Source of the DNA: the human T2T-CHM13v2.0 reference genome, Homo sapiens
Reading direction: 5' to 3' (one strand)
DNA: 64,000 nucleotides
NCBI RefSeq assembly: GCF_009914755.1
Contig: NC_060934.1
Each line of letters begins with the position of its first letter. Positions within the stretch are counted from its first letter, which is position 1. Positions 1 through 11,934 of this stretch are shown one piece after another. A model generated the notes under the pieces. It saw only the letters and a program-made list of their open reading frames with translations, was not told the origin of the DNA and did no database searches. The position numbers and the translations under genes were made by a program.

Positions 1-1866
1 GATATGCTCCTTTGATACCTAGTTTATTGAGTGTTTTTAACATGTAGGGATTTTGAGTTTTATTAAAGGCCTTTTTCTGCATCTACTGACATGTGGTTTT
101 TGTCTTTAGTTCTGTTTATTTGATGAATTATGTTTATTAATTTGTGTATGTTGAATCAGCCTTGCATCCCCAGGGGTAAAGCCAAATTGATCATGGTGGA
201 TAAGCTTTTTGATGTGCTGCTGGATTTTGTTTGCCAGTACTTTATTGAGAATTTTTGCATCAGTGTTTATCAGGGGTATCGGCCTGAAGTTTTCTTTTTT
301 TTGTTGTATCTCAGGTTTTGGTATCAGAATGATGCTGGCTTCAAAAAAGGAGTCAGGGACAAGTCCCTCCTTTTCAATTGTTTAGAATTGTTTCTGAAGA
401 AAGGGTATCAGCTGTTCTTTGTACCTCTGGTCCTGGGCTTATAAATCCATCTGGCCCTGGGCTTTTCTTGGTTGGGAGGCAATTTATTACTTCCTCAATT
501 TCAGAACTTGTTATTGGTCTATTCAGGGATTCAATTTCTTTCTGTTCTAGTCTTGGGAAGGTGTAGGTGTCCAGGAATTTGTCCGTTTCTTCTAGATTTT
601 CTAGTTTGTTTCCGTAGAAGTATTTATAGTATTCTCTGATGGTTGTTTGTATTTCTGTGGAGTCAGATATCCCCTTTGTCATTTTTTATTGTGTCCATTT
701 GATTCTTCTCTCTTTTTTTGTATTAGTCTAGCTAGTGGTCTATTTTACTAACTTTCAGAAAACCAGCTCCTGAATCCATTGATTTATTAAAAGGTTTTTC
801 ATGCCTCTATCTCCTTCAGTTCCATTCTGAACTTGCTTACTTCTTGTCTTCTACTTGCTTTGGGGTTTGTTTGCTCTTGGCTTTCTAGTTCCTTTAGTTG
901 TGATGTTAGGAAGTCGATTTGAGATCTCTCTAGCTGTTTGATGTGGGCATCTAGTGCTATAAATTTCCCTCTTAACACTGCTTTAGTTGTGTCCCAGAGA
1001 TTCTGATACATTGTCTCCTTGGTCTCATTAGTTTCATAGAACTTCTTTATCTCTGTTTTAATTTCATTCATTACTTACCCAGAAGTCATCCAGGAAAAGG
1101 TTTTTCAATCCACGTAGTTGTGTGGTTTTGAGTGACTTTCTTAATCTTGAGTTCTAATTTGATTGTGCTGTGATCTGAGAGAGTATTTGTTATGATTTCA
1201 ATTATTTTTTATTTGCTGGGGAGTGTTTTATTTCCAATTATGTGATCAACTTTAGATTAAGTGCCATGTGGTGCTGAGAAGAATGTATATTCTGTTGTTT
1301 TGGGGTGGAGAGTTCTGTAGATATCTATCAGGTCCACTTGATCCACAGCTCAGTTCAAGTCCTAAATATGTTTGTTAATTTTCTGTCTCGATGATCTGTC
1401 TAATATTGACAGTGGGGTTTTAAAGTCTCCCATTACCATTGCGTAGGAGTCTAGGTCTCTTTTTAGATCTCTAAGAACTTGTTTTATGAATCTAGGTGCT
1501 CCTGTATTGGGTGCAATATATATTTAAGATTGTTAGCTCTTGTTGACTTGACCCCTTTACCATTATGTAGTGCCTTTCTTTGTCTTTTTTTTAAATCTTT
1601 GTTTGTTTAAAGTCTGTTTTATCATAAACTAGGATTGCAACCCCTGCAATTTTTTCTGTTTTCCATTTGCTTGGTAAATTTTCCTCCATCCCTTTATTTT
1701 GAGTCTATATGTGCCTTTGCATTGGATCATGGGTCTCTTGAATACAGCACACTGATTGATCTTGACTCCTTATCCAGCTTGCCATTCTGTGTTTTTTAAT
1801 TAAAGCATTTAGCTCATTTGCATTTAAGGTTAATATTGTTATGTGTGAATTTGATCTTGTTATCAT
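1..1866 (-). pseudogene. L1 ORF2p (endonuclease/linker portion) remnant, disrupted
   Basis: Start region reads ATGATAACAAGATCAAATTCACAC (cf. ATGACAGGATCAAATTCACAC). ORFs 799-1071 and 374-682 match ORF2p but lie in broken frames. Confidence 0.9.
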
Positions 1867-1933
1867 GATGCTAACAGGTTATTTTGCAGTCTTGTTTATG
1901 TAGTTGCTCCATAGTGTCATTGGTCTGTGTACT

Positions 1934-2921
1934 TCAGTGCGTTTCTGTAGTGGCTAGTAATGGTTTTTCCTTTCCATATTTAGTGTGCTTCCTTCAGGAG
2001 CTCTTGCAAGGCTGGCCTGGTTGTGATGAATTCCCTCAGCATTTGCTTGTCTAGAAGATTTTATTTCTCCTTCACTTATAAAGCTTAGTTTGGCCAGATG
2101 TGAAATTTTAGATTGGAAATTCTTTTTTTAAGAATGTTGAATGTTGGCCCCCAATCTCTTCTAGCTTGTAGGGTTCCCACAGTTGTTAGTCTGATGGGTT
2201 TCCCTTTATAGGTGACATGGACTTTCTCTCTGTCTGACCTTAACATTTTTTCCTTTATTTCGACCTTAGAGAATCTGATGATTATGTTTCTTGGGGTTGA
2301 TCTTCTCATGGAGTATCTTAGTGGTGTTCTCTGTATTTCCTGAATTTGAATGTTGGCCTGTCTTGCTAGGCTGGGGAAGTTCTTCTGGATGATATCCTAA
2401 AGTGTGCTTTCCAACTTGGTTCCATTCTCTCCATCTCTTTCAAGTACCCAAATCAATTATAGGTTTGGTCCTTTAACATAATTCCACAGTTCTCAAGGTT
2501 CTGTTCTTTCCTTTTCATTCTTTTTTCTCTAATATTGTCTGCCTGCCTTATTTCACCCAGATAGTCCTCAAGCTCTAATATCCTTTTTTCTGCTCAGTCT
2601 ATTCGATACTTGTGTTTGCACTGTGAAGTTCTCATGTTGTGTTTTTTAGCTTCACCAGGTGATTTATGTTCCTATCTAAAATGGTTATTCTGGTAGCTCC
2701 TGTAGTGTTTTGTTATGGTTCTTAGCTTCTTTGCAATGGGTTAGAACATACTCCTTTAGCTCAGTGATGTTCATTATTACCCATCTTCTGGAGCCTAACT
2801 CTGTCAATTCATCCATCTCTGCCTCATCCCAGTTCTGTGCCCTTGCTGAAGATGTGTTGCAGTCATTTGGAGGAGAAGAGGCTTTTGAGTTTCCAGCTTT
2901 TTTGCATTGATTCTTTCTCAT
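1934..2921 (-). pseudogene. L1 ORF1p (RNA-binding protein) remnant, disrupted
   Basis: ORF-track pieces 2685-2921 (MRKNQCKKAGNSKASSPPND) and 2085-2309 match the L1 ORF1p N-terminus and RRM/CTD region. They are separated by stops/frameshifts. Confidence 0.88.
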
Positions 2922-4310
2922 CTTCCTTGGTTTATCTACCTTTGATCTTTAAGGCTGCTGACCTTTGGATGGGTTTTTTGTGGGGTGTTGGTTGTTGTTG
3001 TTGCTTTTGGTTTGTTTTTCTTTTAGCAATGAGGCCTCTCTTCTGTAGGGCTGACAGTGGTTTGCTGGAGGTCCACTCCAGACCCTATTTCCCTGCATCC
3101 CTCCTAACCCTGAAGGTATGACCAGTGGAGGCTGCAGAACAACAAATATGGCAGCCTGCTTCTTCCTCTGGGAGCTCTGTCCCAGAGGGGTACCAACCTG
3201 ATGCTGGCCAGAAGGCTCCTGTATGAGGTGTCTGGAGACCTCTTTTGGGAAGGTCTCACCCAGTAAGGAGAAATAGGATCATGGACCCACTTAAATAAGC
3301 AGTCTGGCTGCCCCTTGGTGGGACACTTTTGCTGCACTTGGGGGAATCCTCCTCATCCAGGCTGCCCTGACTCTCCAGAGCTGGTAGGCAGAAAAGACTA
3401 AGATCCTTAGTTCTTAGTCTTTTCTGATCTAACAATACTGCTGATCCACAGTACTGCAGCCACCTCTCCTCTCCAGGAGATCAGAGATCTGTCCATAAAT
3501 CCCTGGCTGGAGATGCTGAAAATCCTTCAGGGAGGCCTCACCTGGTGAGGAGGAATGGGTCAGGGTCCCGCTTAAATGAGCAGTCTGGCCACAAACTGTC
3601 ACAGCCACTGTGCTGCACTGTGTAGAATTGCTCCTGGTCCAAATTGCCTAGTCTCACTGGCACCTGCAGCAGGGGAAAATGGTCAACTGGAGCCACAGAG
3701 ATGATGGCCGCTCCTCGTCCCGAGAACTCAGTCTTCTTAGGCAGTCTCCAGCTTGCTGAGCTGGCCAATGGAGATTCCAAGCCAGTGGGTTTTATCTTGT
3801 GGGGCTCAGTGGGAGTGGGGCCCACTGACAGAGACCACTTGACTTCCTAGCTTCAGCCTGCTTCCCACGGGAGTGGACAGATCTCCTGCCTCACCGGAGT
3901 TCCCTGAGCCAGAGTATGCAAAAACTTCTGTATTTCAGTGCCTGCCTGAGCTTCTGCACACTCAAGCAGCCACCATGAGTGCATACCTCTGTGCTTGAGA
4001 CCCAAGGCGCTGGTGACATGGGCTCACAAGGGGACCTCCTCTTCCGTGGGTTGCAAAGACCCTTTGGAAATCCGTAGTTTTCAGGGCACAATACCTCACT
4101 GTCTCTCTTGCCTGGGGGAGGGAGATCCCTTTGCCCAATGCAGCTCTGGTGGGCCCTCACTCCACCCTGCTTTTTCTCACTCTCTGGGGGTCTCTCCAAC
4201 TGCCTAGACAGTCCCAGTGAGAGAACCTGGATATTTACATTGAAGAAGCAGAATTCACTCTCTGTTTTCATTCTTCTCAGTTGCAGCTGCAGAACGAAGC
4301 TGTTTCTATT

Positions 4311-4349
4311 CAGTCATCTTGGCTGTGCCTTCCATGGCCATCTTGGCTG
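4311..4349 (-). promoter_or_regulatory. L1 5' YY1-type motif, present twice (CAAGATGGCC and CAAGATGACT)
   Basis: CATCTTGGCTG occurs at 4315-4325 and 4339-4349. The YY1 site at the L1 5' terminus is established knowledge. Confidence 0.65.
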
Positions 4350-5274
4350 CTCCCTCTGGGCACTTTCAAAATGGCTCTTAAAACAAGTTACCCTTAAAAT
4401 TTGATTTCTAGAATCAAGGAATTCAACTGAATACCATACCTGATTGAATTTTTGTTAGACTACAGAAGCTAAATAAGAGAAAATTCCATAATGAATCAAA
4501 AGAACCCTGAGAGAGTTAACTCCAAAAATATAAGATTTCAGTACAGGGAAGAATAATGTAATTCAAATATTGTATATAATTCAGTGTAGGCATTAAAAGT
4601 TTAGGACTCATAGAAGGGAGGAAATGTCATTAATTGAAGTTGAATTTTACTTTGAATGATGTGGTTCATTGTATCTTGAAATACATACTATCACACAAGA
4701 AAGAAACCCATGAAAATCAATTTGGGAAAGAGCTTTTAAGAGGATGTTTTATGTTTTTAAACAGTTATGGTTGATGCCATTTTTGGTTAAGGTAAAAACA
4801 TTTTACATACTCTTGGTTATAGCAAATTTCCTCATTCAATTTTATATATGTAGTATAGATTTTCTAGCATCTATGGAAATATGTAATAAGTTGTTCTTTT
4901 TTTGTACTATTATAGCCAACAGTTCATAAATTGATTTTATATCCACATGCCAATAGCCCAAGCTTCCCAAAATTAGGCATGAATATAATTGTACACTGAG
5001 CCAAACATAACTAACTTAGGTAAATAAAAGCATATATTAATAAAGAGGGCTAAAATCATGAATATTCATTTTAAACAGATTTTTTCTACACTAAACAAAT
5101 TTGTTATTTAAAAATAAATGTATTAATAGCAAAACAGCCAATTTTTCCCTGCAGCAAAAAGCAAATTTAGATATAATCATTTAATATTGAGAATGATCTT
5201 TGACATTACTAATGCGCTTGTCATTACTGACAAATGACATTTATATAAACTTCCCAAAGGAAGTTAAAATGCAG

Positions 5275-7555
5275 GGTTTTTAAAAATAGATTCAGAAGAT
5301 ATACGTGCAGTTTTGTTACATGGATATATTATGTAATGCTGAGGTTTGCACTTCTATTGAACCCCTCACCCAAATAATGAACTTAGTATGAAATAAGCAT
5401 TTTTCAACCCTTACTCCCTGTGCTTCCTCACTGCTTTTGGATTCCTTTGTGTCTATTGTTTCCACATTTATGTCTATTTGTAACTATTGTTTGAATCCCA
5501 CTTAGAAGTTAGAAGAGGAGGTATTTGGTTTTTTGTTTCTGCATTAATTTGCTTACGATAATGGCCTGCAATTATATCCATGTTGCTGCAAGGACCAGAT
5601 TTAATTCTTTTTCATGGCTACATAGCATTATATGCTGTATATGTTCCACATTTTCTCTATCTAATCCACTGTTGATGGGCACCTACGTTGATATCATGTC
5701 TTTGCTATTGCAAGTAGTCCTGTGATGAACATACCAGTGCATGTGTCTTTTTGGTAGAATGATTTCTTTTCCATATGTTTGTTGGTTACTTGGATGTCTT
5801 CTGTGAGAAGTATCTTTTCATTTCCTTTGCACACTTTTTAATGTGGTTATTTGCATTTTTTTCTTTTTGAATTATTTAATTTCCTTATAGATTGTTGGTA
5901 TTAGTCCTTTGTCAGATGTATAGTTTGCAAATATTTTTCCAATTTTGTAAGTTGTCTGTTTACACTGTTGATATTTCTTTCACTGTGCAGAAGCTCTTAA
6001 GTTTAATTAAGCCCACATTGTCAAATTTTGGTTTGTTGCATTTGTTTTTTGAGGTCTTAGCCATAAATTATTTGCAGAGGCCAATGTCCAGGAGACTTTT
6101 TCTTAGGTTTTCTTCTAAGATTCTTATAGTTTGAGGCCTTATGTTTAAAAGTTTAATCTATCTTGAGGTAATTATTGTATATAGTGAAATATAGCCATCC
6201 AGTTTTATTCTTCTGTGTATGGCTAGCCAGCTATCCCAGCAGCATTTATTAAATAGGCTAGCCTTTCCTAATTTATTCTTTTTGTCAACTTTGTAAAAGA
6301 TCAGTTGGTTGTAGACATGTGGCTTTATTTCTGGGTTTTCTATTCTGTTCCATTTGTCTATGTGTCTATTTTTGTACCAGTACCATACTATTTTGGTAAT
6401 AGCATTATAGTATAGTTTGAAGACAAGTAATGTGATGCCTCTGACTTTGTCTTTTTACCTAGGATTGCTTTGACTATTCAGACACTATTTTGATTCCATA
6501 TGAATTTAGAATTGATTTTTTTTCATCATTTTAAACATGACATTGGTAATTTGATAGGAATGGCCCAAATTTGTAGATTGCTTTGGGGAATATGGACATT
6601 TTATCTATATTAATTCTTCAAATTAATGACCATAGAATGTTTTTCTGTTTGTGTATGACACCTATCATTTCTTTCATCAGCTTTTTGTAATTCTTTTTCT
6701 AGAGACATTTTACTTCCCTAGTTAGATGTATTCCTAGTTTTTTTTTTTTTTTTTTTTTTGAATGGCTATTGTAAATTGCATTGTGATTTTTATTTGGTTT
6801 TCTACTTGAACATTACTGGTGTATGGAAATGCTACTGATTTCTGTACATTAATTTTGTATCCTGAGACTCAAACGAAGTCATTTATTAAACCTATGTGTC
6901 TTTTGGAGGGATCTTTAGGGTTTTCACAGTATGAAACCATATAATCAGTGAGCAGAGATAATTTCACTTCCGCTTTTTTTAAAATTTAAATTTGGGTGCC
7001 TTTTATCTATTTCTCTTGTCTGATTGCTCTAAGAGTTCCAATACTATGTTGAATAGGAGTAGTGAGAATGGATACCTTCATCTTATTACAGTTCTTAGGG
7101 AGAATGCTTCCAATGCTTTTCTACTGAGTGTGATGTTGGATGTGGGCTTGTGATAGATGGTTTTTATTATTTTGAGAGATGTGCCTTTGATACGTAGTTG
7201 TTGAGGGTTTTTATCATAAAACAATGTTGGATTTTCTTGAAAGCTTTTTTGGCATTTATTAAAATGTTCATATGGTTTTTGTTTTTATTCTCTTTGTATG
7301 GTTAATAATATTTACTGATTTGCATATATTGAACTATACTTGCATCTCAAGAGTAAAGCTCATTTTATTGTGACAAATTATCTTTTTGATGTGCTATTAG
7401 ATTAGGTTTGCTAGTATTTAGGTAAACATTTTCCATCTATGTTCATTAGAAATATTTGCCTGTAGTTGTCTTTGTTTGTGGTATACTTGCCAGTTTTGGT
7501 ATTAGGATGATACTGACTTTGTGGTATGAGTCAAGGAGGAGTCCCTCCTCCTTAC
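5275..7555 (-). mobile_element. LINE-1 3' portion (L1PA16/L1PB-like), 5'-truncated, with internal deletion
   Basis: L1 3'UTR-like sequence (gtgcagttttgttacatggatatatt...cccacttagaagttagaa) is followed by antisense ORF2 3' sequence. There is an internal T22 run at 6738-6759. Confidence 0.9.
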
Positions 7556-7560
7556 TTTTT

Positions 7561-7878
7561 TGCATAGTGTAGGTATCTATTAATACTTTTGTTGGGGGCC
7601 TCAGAAAGCTTACAATCATGACAGAATGTTATGGGGAACCAACCTGTCACATGGTGAGAGAGGGACCATGGTGAGTGCAGGTTCCAGGTTCTTTTAAACA
7701 AACAGCTGTCATGTGAACTACCAGAGTTAGAATTCACTCATTCCTATAGGGATGGCACCAAGCCATTCAAAAGGGATCCATTCCACTAACCCAAATACCT
7801 CCCACTAGGCCCACTTCCAATATTGAAGGTCACATTTCAACTTGAGATTTGGAGGGGACACACATCCAAACTATATCA
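7561..7878 (-). mobile_element. MSTB-like MaLR LTR (partial)
   Basis: ggcctcagaaagcttacaatcatg...gagatttggaggggacacacatccaaactatatca is the reverse complement of the MST LTR 5' end. Confidence 0.85.
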
Positions 7879-9094
7879 TGGGTTAAGAGAAAAAAGGATG
7901 GTTAATGAGGAGTGATTGCAAAGGACTGGAGAAGGTAAAAGGTAAGGAAATGAAAGCAGCTTTGAAGAAAGTTGCATGAATGTGAACTACTAAGGTTATT
8001 GCTTTTATATATGGCTCAACCAGTATTGCCTAGCAAGAGGTTAAGTCTTTATAGGAGTTGAACAGGGCCAGGTACATAGAGTAAGAACTTTGTTGTCCAT
8101 ATTACACATGTCCATATTACATCCGAAAATCCAGAATTTTTGGCAGCCAGTGAATTTTCAGTTTATATATTCTACCTGAGGGTATATATAATATATATAT
8201 TCTGAATATATATATTCTACTTGAGAGGATATGTAATAACTTTGCTTGAATTACACATGCCACAAGAGCATTTTTGGAAGAGATCTTTTTCCTCATAACT
8301 CAAATTCTATATAAGTATGTCTAAAAATTATGATTTCTGAAACTAAATAAATGGTTTTTGAGTTGTCCAGAGGTTTGAAATAATGAACAGTTCTCTTTAT
8401 TTTGATTTTTGCAAAATTGCTTTCTGCTCAAACAAAATGTTTTGCTAGAATAGACAAGTTGCAGAAATGATATTGTAACAAAGACAAACCCCCATTGATT
8501 CAGTAAATCTGTTCTACATAAAAGTTTGTGAAATTATTTATGCATTTGTGGTGAGGAATATTATGACATAAATGGTCCCTAGCATGTATGGAATGTTTTC
8601 TTTATGTGTGCCAGGGACTTTATGCTATCATCTGATTTCTGGTATTTTCCAGGCACTCTCATACATTAACACAAAGAAATTGAAATAAATGTTCTCTTCG
8701 CAAATTCTTAGATTTTACATCCAGTATTTCAGCAGCTCCATTCTTGATAAAGGACAAAACTATCTTAGACAAGGCCAATCCTCATATAATTTTAATCAAA
8801 TAACTAAGGAAATAGAATATCTGACTAAAGAACTATATGCCAAGCTTCAATGAAACAATACCACATGTAGAACTCTGAAGAACGGACTTGTAAATACTTT
8901 ATTCAACAGAACTGTTCACAATATGTTTCTTTATGTATGTGAATGAACATGTAAGACCTTTCTTATATAAACTTAATAAAACTGCAGACTGCTACCAGAG
9001 CATTTAATCATGGGCAAAAGCTGTACTTACACTAAATATTTCAAAACTCATAGCTGCACAGAATTTAGTTACCAGTGTTGAAATAACACTCCAC

Positions 9095-9206
9095 ATCGAT
9101 TACCCACCACTCCAGTTTATCTGAACTAACAGATATCCAGGACATGGAACTTTCAGTGCTAAAACCAGGAAGGTCTTGGATGAGTTGGAACAAGTTGGTC
9201 ATCCTG
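9095..9206 (+). mobile_element. MER81-like hAT-Blackjack MITE
   Basis: Core ggaactttcagtgctaaaaccaggaaggtc and terminus gttggtcatcct resemble the MER81 consensus. Confidence 0.7.
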
Positions 9207-9743
9207 CTGATATAATATATAAGTCACATGTTTCTTATGGAAATAGCTCCAAAATATTGCCTATAATTGTATTGAGAAACACTGTTTATGCTTTTTTTTT
9301 TTGGTCTTTGTAAGCTATTTTATATACTAAGCCTGAGCTACCTAATGATGTAAATAATTTGTTGTAAATATGCTCCAATACATATTGCTCCAAGAACAAT
9401 GAATTTTCGGTATTCCAAGTTATTCATCAGATTAGAATAGTCATAACATTTTCCCCCCCAAATAGAGTGAATTTTCTGCCACAAAATTATGAATTTCATT
9501 CCTTATAATTCCACTCAGAATGGAGTAAGAATGAGCTTTGCAGAAATATACTAGAAACAGTTATGTATTTGATATTGAAATCAGAATCAACAATTGATAG
9601 CTATAGCAACCTTTTATAGCAACCTCAATGCAATTACTACAGAAACTTCCCTCACCCTTGACATTTTGAGTGCTATATTTTTTCCTCCATTAATATTGAA
9701 TAAAACCTCAAATTTAAATAGAAAATTTTTGTGCCATGTCTTG

Positions 9744-9793
9744 TGCTATGTATAGGTTAAGAAATGATATCACTTCTTAACCTATACATAGCA
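9744..9793. repeat. 50-bp near-perfect palindrome
   Basis: TGCTATGTATAGGTTAAGAA-ATGATATCAC-TTCTTAACCTATACATAGCA: 20-bp perfect arms, and the centre is itself palindromic (TGATATCA) apart from one mismatched pair. Confidence 0.97.
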
Positions 9794-9987
9794 TTTACAG
9801 ATCCCTTGCACACCTCATTAGAATGTACACAATTTTGTGCTTGGCACTTAGTAAATTGTCTAATAGACAGGAAGCCCCCAATACATAGCTGTACATAAAA
9901 TGAATGGTTTCCAAATGAAACAAAGTATTTGCGTCATCTGTCAAGAGCTTACAATTCCCCCAGGGAACCAAATGATCTACGAAAACC

Positions 9988-10206
9988 GTATTTTCCTCAA
10001 CCTCAGCATTATTTACATTTTAGGTGAGGTAAGTATTTATTATGGTTGGCTGTCCAGTGCATACTACAATATTTAGCAACATCCTTGATATCTACTCATT
10101 AGATGCCAGTAGCCACTGCTCTCTCACCCTGTTCTGAGAGCCTAAAATATCTCCAGACATTTGCCAAATGTCTCATTTGTAAAATCACTGCAGGTTGAGA
10201 ACAGGA
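9988..10206 (-). mobile_element. MER20 hAT-Charlie DNA transposon
   Basis: ctcaacctcagcattatttacatttt...agatgccagtagc...ctccagacatttgccaaatgtc...ggttgagaac is the reverse complement of MER20. Confidence 0.88.
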
Positions 10207-10269
10207 GGTATAAAAATTAAATCACAAAACCTGAGATAATAAAGTTAGACTAAGAAGAGTTGTGCTCCA

Positions 10270-10484
10270 GCCAAGGACTGTGGCTCATGCCTGTAATACC
10301 AGGACTTTGGGAGGCTAAGGGAGAAGGAGCACTTGAGCCCAGGAGTTCAGGACCAACATAGTAAGACCTCATCTCTACAAAAAGTTAAAAAATATTAACC
10401 AGGTGTGGTGGTACATGCCTGTAGTCCAGCTATCCAGGAAGATGAGGTGGGAGGAAGGCTTTAGCACAGGAGGTCGAGGCTGCA
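10270..10484 (+). mobile_element. AluJ-type, 3'-truncated
   Basis: tggctcatgcctgtaat...cttgagcccaggagttc...aggtcgaggctgca; J diagnostics and no poly-A tail. Confidence 0.9.
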
Positions 10485-11329
10485 TCTGATTTGAGCTCTT
10501 CAATGGCCTTTGGGAGGCAGAACGTGGAGAAAGAGATTAATCCATTTGTGGAGTCTGGAAAGAAATATTTCAAAACTAGAGGTAATAAACAATTTAGTTC
10601 AAATATCTTCCAAGGCTGGGCAGAGGAATAATTTAGGTAAAACATCACAGCATCTGTGGGGCCAAATTCTAAATTTATTTTGAAAAGGCAATATTTGAAA
10701 ATGTCAAAATTATTCTTAAACCACTTTAGAAAATTAGTACTCTATAGACCAATACTCTATACCATCTATTAATAAATCTAACACAGCCAGTGTGTTTTCT
10801 CTCTCCAGCATTCATACAGTTTAATCTTTCTACATGACATTTAATGTGATCTTAAGAGGTATGCTGGATTTAAAAGTTAGAGTTACACTCTAGGGCATAA
10901 ATGCTTTGAGTGGAAGAGTGAGTAGAAATACCCATGCTATTTAAAGTGTTTTCATTTTTTAATTTTATTCTTTTTTTTGTTTATGGTTGATGACAGTTTT
11001 ATTTGGAGACATAATTTAAATACACCTTTCATGTCACTTTTAGGCATGAGATAAGAGAGTTTAAGAAAAGGCTATAATCTGGACAAAGGAAAACTATCAA
11101 AGCTATGAGTGCAAAGTAGAATCTGAAGGAATTCCCAAAAGTTGGGAAGATGCTGCAGGCTGTTGTTTAATGCACTTGTGGGTTTAGCTAATATAAGAAT
11201 GGAAATATTGAGTTTCCAGATTCATTCAGAACAGTAATGATATAAGGTAAGTAGATAATTTGAGGGGGGAAAATAGTTGTTTGAGCTGGAGAGCTTGCTG
11301 AAATTCTTTTGAATGGCTTTAGAAGGAAC

Positions 11330-11385
11330 ATATTTAGGTTATAAAGAATACATTTGTTATATTTAGGTTATAAAGAATACATTTG
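11330..11385. repeat. Perfect tandem duplication (27-bp unit, period 29)
   Basis: ATATTTAGGTTATAAAGAATACATTTG at 11330-11356 and 11359-11385. Confidence 0.95.
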
Positions 11386-11486
11386 AGTAAAACTATGAGC
11401 AAAAATAAGAATAAGAATGACATGGCAACTCCCATGCAGGAGATATCATGTTGTTTATTTGGGGAAATCTATGAGTTCTGGAAGGT

Positions 11487-11934
11487 AGTTTAAAAGAAAA
11501 ACTTTGGACTGGACACATATGAAAAATGTTAAGACATTTTATTTGAACTATTCCTATAGGGGAAACAGAGTTCAGTATAGAACTCTGAGGTCAGTTCCAA
11601 ACACAGCAAACACAGCTAGGGATTGATAATTAATGGAGTGAAGGGGTCTCTGGATAGAAAATTATGAAGAGGGACTTGATTACACATCAAGTGTAGGGAG
11701 TTATTTACTAAACTCTCTTAACAGAATTCTTGCTAAAGGCAGGCCAAAGACTTAAGTATCAAAGGTGGAGATGAGGAACTTGATCAGAAATCAAGGGTGG
11801 ACAGATTCTGGATAAAGATTGTTAAAAACTGGGCTCAGGGGCCAAGAATAAGTAGCAGGCCAAGGTCAAGGCCTAGAGAAAAACGAGTTCAGGGGAGCTT
11901 GTCTAAATTTTGGTCAAGAAGAGAGTTCACATCA
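11487..11934 (-). mobile_element. ERV1 solo LTR, MER31/MER67-like
   Basis: Ends ...gtctaaattttggtcaagaagagagttcacatca, with internal ccaaggtcaaggcctag and attcttgctaaa. These resemble the reverse-complemented MER31/MER67 LTR. Confidence 0.7.

Larger units (their letters stand above)
1..4356 (-). mobile_element. LINE-1 (older L1PA-type, approx. L1PA8-PA13), 5' end intact, continues past window start
   Basis: Minus strand begins GAGGGAGCAGCCAAGATGGCC...GAATAGAAACAGC (L1 5' terminus). It is followed by a ~1.4 kb GC-richer 5'UTR, ORF1 fragments (MRKNQ..., RRSTPRNIIIRFSKVEIKEKML) and ORF2 fragments ([31 protein letters not shown]). Confidence 0.95.

Noticed and set aside
1-4356. Active, retrotransposition-competent L1
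   Set aside because: ORF1 and ORF2 carry multiple stops and frameshifts, and the 5'UTR is CpG-depleted.
8095-8236. Short 11-15-bp tandem duplications (also ~9600, ~12300, ~26340, ~28378, ~29870)
   Set aside because: Ordinary slippage products with no further structure.
10020-11255. Isolated consensus splice donors (GAG|GTAAGT ~10028, AAG|GTAAGT ~11246)
   Set aside because: No convincing paired acceptor or reading frame; such motifs occur by chance, and one lies in MER20.
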